A stretch of DNA of 25,761 bases, taken from positions 1 through 25,761 of IMG/VR virus record IMGVR_UViG_3300009526_000055, one strand, 5' to 3'. A program made the position numbers and the translations under genes. Within the stretch, counting starts at the first letter, position 1. Every line of letters begins with the position of its first letter. The stretch comes from a virus. Lineage: Duplodnaviria > Caudoviricetes. This document shows positions 10,601 through 16,600 of the stretch, piece after piece. The notes below the pieces were generated by a model. The model made no database searches, was not told the origin of the DNA, and was given only the letters and a program-made list of their open reading frames with translations.

Positions 10601-13600
10601 CGCTTTGTCTGTACACAACAACATTTTGACCATCATCGCTGTACTTGTTGGTTAACACAATATTAATACCATTTGTATCAACATCAAATGTGTTTGCAAA
10701 TTTAATTAAGTTGTTTTGATTTAGAGTTGAATCACCTTGTAATTCAATACCACTGTCATTAGGTACATATCCTAAAAAGTCTGTGTGCGTATCTTGTAAA
10801 TCCCATAAACTTAATTGCCAAGAATTTGCACTGATGTTTGTTTTTGCTTTGTATAACTGATTGCTAAACACAACTAATTCGTCTTTTAGGTAATCAGTTT
10901 GATCATCAAACACGCCCATATAATATTGATCAACACCCAGACGCCAATTTTTTGTAGCACTGTAATCTACAAAATAAATTTTTCCTGGTAAACTGGAAGT
11001 TCCATTACCTTCAGCACCAATAAATGCTGTTGTAACATTTCCAACATCACGTAATTGAATTTTACTTCCTAACCTTAAACCACTTTGAGTGTCAGGCACA
11101 GTGTATGCTGAATTGTATTCGAACAGACCTTTTGTATTCTTTTTGTAAATTAAAAATGCACCTTGATTGGTGTAAACACTCTGAACACCTTCCCCAATTG
11201 GAATATTGTATGTTTGGACCCAATCTCTGTTTTGGCTTCCTGGTATGTTAGCACTTTGATTAATTCCTGGTACATTTTCAAATTCGTCCCATATCCAGTA
11301 CTCCATATCGTTAACTGCGTAGAAGTCAGGATTTCCAGATGCTGTAATAGATGATGTATGTTGGAAAACTAAAATGTCTCCGTCTGCATTTCCTGATTGA
11401 ACTGTTTGTTCAATAGATCCTATAGTTCTGTTTACACCTCCGCCTATTCTAGTGATAGTTGATGGTGCACTAGCATTAGATCCTAAACTGAACTGTTTGT
11501 TGTTTGAATTATTAAAGTAAATTCTTATTTTTTCTAATCCTATAAACTGAACAAACGTAACATCTGCCTGTGCTTGAGTGTTAGGATCATATATTTGATG
11601 CACTCCTACTGATGGGAAATAATAATTTGCATTGTTGTCTGGCTGTGAATCTACATCAACATAACCTTCCCATATGTCTACTACTTCTTTAAGTCCATTT
11701 GTGTCGTCATTGTCAATATTCAATCCGGCAAAATCAAAAGCGCCTGAATCAACATTATTAAACCAAACACTTACGTAGTTGGTTGAATTGCTAGAATTTA
11801 ATGTGCTGTCATGAGCTATGTCGTACCCTGTTCTTACAAACCATTTATTGCTTAAAATTGCTTGAGGACTTGGATTAGTAACCCATGTGTTCGATCCTGC
11901 GTCAATGTAATAATCTTGATAATATGTTCCAATTCCAAATTGTGCTTTTACCAATGGTGCTTGAGGTGTTATTGGAGCAATAGGTTGTTCCATTGAACTG
12001 AAAAATCTATTAGTGTCTCTAACTTCATTTAATACTTTTATGTCTTGAATTACAACGTTGGTTGTAACATCTGATCCTGCGTTTGTGGTTACATTAGCAC
12101 CTATGTTTATTTTCCACCAACCACCAAGGTAATCGTAGTCTTCTGAATTCACTCTTGAATACACCCCTATAGGCAATATATCCAAAGTTAAACTTCCGCT
12201 TTCAGCAAATACACCACTCACATCTTTAAGATATATTATAGATTTTGCGGCAACTTTTCTCACATACACCACAGTACCTTGTGCTGTGTCTGTGTTTAAT
12301 AAATTTCCTACAACAGGATCTGTTAATGTATTTGATACTTCTAAAATTTCGTCAATCTTTTCTTGAATAGGCATATCAGCACCGCTGAAAATATTGTCTT
12401 TAATTGTTGGAGATTCAACTCCATTAAAAGGTTGATTCGCCACTTTAGCATAATTGTTTCTGTCTATTGGATAATCACTACTGAAATCAACATAATCTAA
12501 TATCAGTCTATCACCTATTTTAGTTGCTGTGTACTGTTCTGTGGATGCTCTTACCAGTATATGATCTGTTGTTTGATTTAGGAATACACTGTCGCCTATC
12601 AATAAACTTGTTGTTTGGAATCCAACGTTCTCTTTGTAAAAAGCAGATGAATCAAATGTTGAGAATAAATCCTGTGCTATTGCACCTTCCACTTGATTAG
12701 TTGCTCTCCAAAGTTGTTGTTTGTACTGAACTATGTTTCCAACATTGTAATTAGAACTTGTACTGTACACTCCTTTGTACTCAGTTTTTAAATTACTGGC
12801 ATCAGGTGCACCTATTACTACAAAATTTCCATCTGGAGAAATGTCAACTGCTTTACCAAAACTACTGCCTGAAGCAAATAGATCGATATTTGTTAACAAT
12901 GGATCAGTTGTTGGTGCTTCAATAATTTGTACTAATATTAATGATCCGCTCTCAGAACCTCTTGTGAATACATAAATTTTTCCATCTCCATCTGATGGTT
13001 GACTAACCAATACTGTTGAGTTTTGTTTGTTTGCGGCTATCACCGTGCCAAAACTTTGATCTCCTGATGTGCTTGTAGAACTTAATTCATTGTGTTTTTT
13101 AAACACAAATTTATTGTTAACAATTTTCCATTTACCGTCATCTGATTCGTTAATCCAAAATTTTTCATTATCTTTAAGACCTTGATCATTTATTCTTGTG
13201 TTGACGTCATTTATAGAATTTAATCTTGATTCAGTGAATCGTTTAATAAAGCCTACAGCAGAGTCTATTGAAGCAAATCCTGTTACGTCTTCACATTGAA
13301 TTGATGTTATTCCTACAAACGTAGATTTGAAAACATAATCTGTACCATTAGCATTTACTACAAATATTTCACCAACTGCTATGTCTGGATTATTCAATGT
13401 GTTTACTGAAATAACACTGCCGTCTTTGATAATCGACACAATTTGTTGATCTGTGTTGCTGTATCTTAAAACACTCCAAGTACCTTTGTTGTTACCAATC
13501 CATACATACTGTCCTTCATCTAGAGTTGCTACACTTGTTGAAGTTAATAAGTCATCATACTGTGCCAGTGTTAACGAAATATCTATTGGATTTACAGGTC

Positions 13601-16600
13601 CTGCAGTTTTGATATATGTGTTTTTGTCATACTTTACAGGAAATGGTGTGTGTTGATAATCTTTAGGTGCTAGATAAGTCTGTCCCGATTGTATTCTGTA
13701 AACCAAATCAGTTGCTGTTGCTGGTTGATCATTTGTTAGTAAAATAGGTTGAGGATTTAATCTAACTTGGGTTTCATTCAGACTGTATTCTACTTCGTCA
13801 AAAGTGTCCACTGCTCCGTATTGTCCTTTGCGGATTGCCCACTCTTCAAAAAATTCTAAACTTTCTTTGTCAGCACTTGCTAGTGCATCAAACAATTTGG
13901 TAAGAGCATTTGCTGTTCCTTTTTCTTTAATATATCCTTGATAAAATTTATATTGGCTGACTTCATCGTTAATAATGTTACTTAGGTATTCTCTAGGTTG
14001 ATAACCAATTAAATGTTGAGCAAGTTTTTGTTGTTGTCTGTCAAAGTTATCTGTGTCTAAATCATAGAAATCAGCAAATTGGTTTGTTTGATAATCAAGG
14101 TTTGATAACAAACTGCTTTCTGGTTTGTTGTCTAATTTACGCCAATTGTTATCATTAAATTCTGTTGTTCCTTTTAATTTTGTGTTTGCTGTGTAATAAA
14201 ATTGTTTGTGTTTTACCACATCACTCATTGAGTAATCGGTGTAAGGTTCCCAAAGTACAACTTTTGCTTCATCAAATACAAATCCTGGAATATTTAAACT
14301 ACCATCCCATTCTGTAACATATCCTAACATTTTAATTCTATCCTGCTTGTACCCACTTGCTGGATCATAAATTAAATCGTTAAATGATGTTGTGTTATCT
14401 ATTAAACATACATGTTCTTTTTGTACAAGTGGAACTTTAGCAAAGTATATTCCATTTATTGTGTTCTTTGTGAACAATTCAAACGTGTTTGATTTTCTAA
14501 CAATTCGTAAATTTACTCTATCCAGTTTATTACCATCTTCTTTTAACACACCATAAGAGTAGTAATTTTCTATAACATTATCAGTTGTAGCATATTGTGA
14601 TGTAACAACTATTTTTTTGCTGGCAGGACTTAAACTGATTACTGCACCTTCGTCCCAGTTTTGTGTTGTCCAAAATAAAAATTCTTTAGCACTTAATTGC
14701 CAGTTAGCAACCAATTGTGTTGTTGGATCATATTGATCAAATTCAAAACCTTTGGCTTTAAGATATGATTCATATCCCAGTATCACATCAACAACTGTTT
14801 GAATGTCTTCAAACACTGTTCCGTATGCTACAGATTGAACTGTATCTGTTAAGAAAGTTTTTCTTAAAACAGCAGATGCACCGCCTTCAGATGGTAATTC
14901 TACTAACTTGATAAATTTTGAATCATCAAAGTTTGCAGTTGAAATATGTGTTTCATCAGTAGCATAAAAATTGTTTGCAAATTTTACATAAGACCCACTG
15001 TCATATCTTTTGTTTTCACTCCAATTAACAAATGAAGAACTAATTCCGCCCACTGTTATTACTGGATCACTAGTTTGTTCAAATGGAGAATGGTATCTAA
15101 TGTAAGGATCATTTTTATCATATCCTTTTAAACTGAAACCGCTTGCTAACTTTTCAATAATTAATCCACTGTAGGTCAAAATTTCTACTGGTGTAGACAC
15201 ATTGTAAATCAGTTGATAGTTTTCTTCTGGTACAAATAGTGTTGTTGAATTTAACGGAGTTTTACTGTCTAGTAACAGTTTAAATTTGTCTTTGTTGCTG
15301 TATCCTCTTACTTTAAAGCCTATTTGTGTTTGTAATCCAGCAAACTGTTTTTTGTAATCTGTATAGTTTGTTGTTTGAGAATTTTCAACTATTTCATAAA
15401 CATAGTTTAATAATCCAGCAGTTAATGTTACTGTGCTGTCATCAACACTGCTCGGCCAGATAATATCTGAAGGTCTTATAGCAGTTGACGAATTGTACAC
15501 AATCTGTCCACTAGCATTTCTGGTAATTTTATTTGTGTCTAATCCTATACCTATTGCTTTGTTTGGTTGATGTAAAATATAACTTTTTAAAAGTGCAAAC
15601 GGATAATGCACACTTCTTCTCCATGTATTTTCTATAGGAGAATAATCACCAAACTTAAATTTGTCTTTGGTAAGTTGTAATACTTGACCTCTTGCATATG
15701 CACTATCATACGGACTTCTGATATTGCCTTCGCTGTCCACTGGGATATTGTTTGTTAAACCGGGTCTTTTGTATTTGTTTTTGATTACAATTTTTTTATT
15801 AGGTTCTCTTACAATGCCTTTCTCTAAATCTTGCCACAAAATTAAATTGTCTTTTGTGTACGGTGCTGGACCATACACAGTTTCCCACCATGTAGGTTCT
15901 TGCGAATATCCAAGCATTTCCCATGGAGCAATATTTGGTCTGTCGGTGTCGTAAGCATGAGTGTACACACCTCTCCAGAATCCTAACAAGTTTTCATTTT
16001 GAGGAGAAACCATATTGCCGTAGTTCCAAGTCAAACTGTTGTCTTGTGTGTGATAAGTGTTTGCTGTGTAATCTTCGTTGCCTGTAAATGTTAACCAGTC
16101 ATTGAAATCGCCTAATAATGTTTTATTAATTGATTCAAATGTAAATTTATTTGTGCTGTATGCTCTTGGCACAAAAGATTTAATACCAAACAATTCATCA
16201 TCGTATGTTGTTTTAATATTGTTAAAAATTCTTCTCTCCATTTCCAATATAGCATCATCTCTAAAGTCATTGAATGCAACTATGATACTTCCGTCATGAC
16301 CTTGAATAACGTTCACTGGAGTAATTGCTGTTGTGTCTAAATAAATTTTAGGAGTGTATTTTGGATATAGTCCTAATTTAGTTGGTGTTGCTGGAATGTG
16401 TGATCCGTTAGTTGTTTCAAACTCGTTAACCACAATGATATCATCTAGTGCAACTGTTTTCGTAACTTGAACAAATCCGTTAACAAATACATAATCAACA
16501 CCATGCACTAACTGTGTATCGTTGTGATACACGTACACTGCTTTAGTTGATAATGCTGTTAAATTAAAGTTATTAGACAGTGCAAAAAATTTATTATCTA

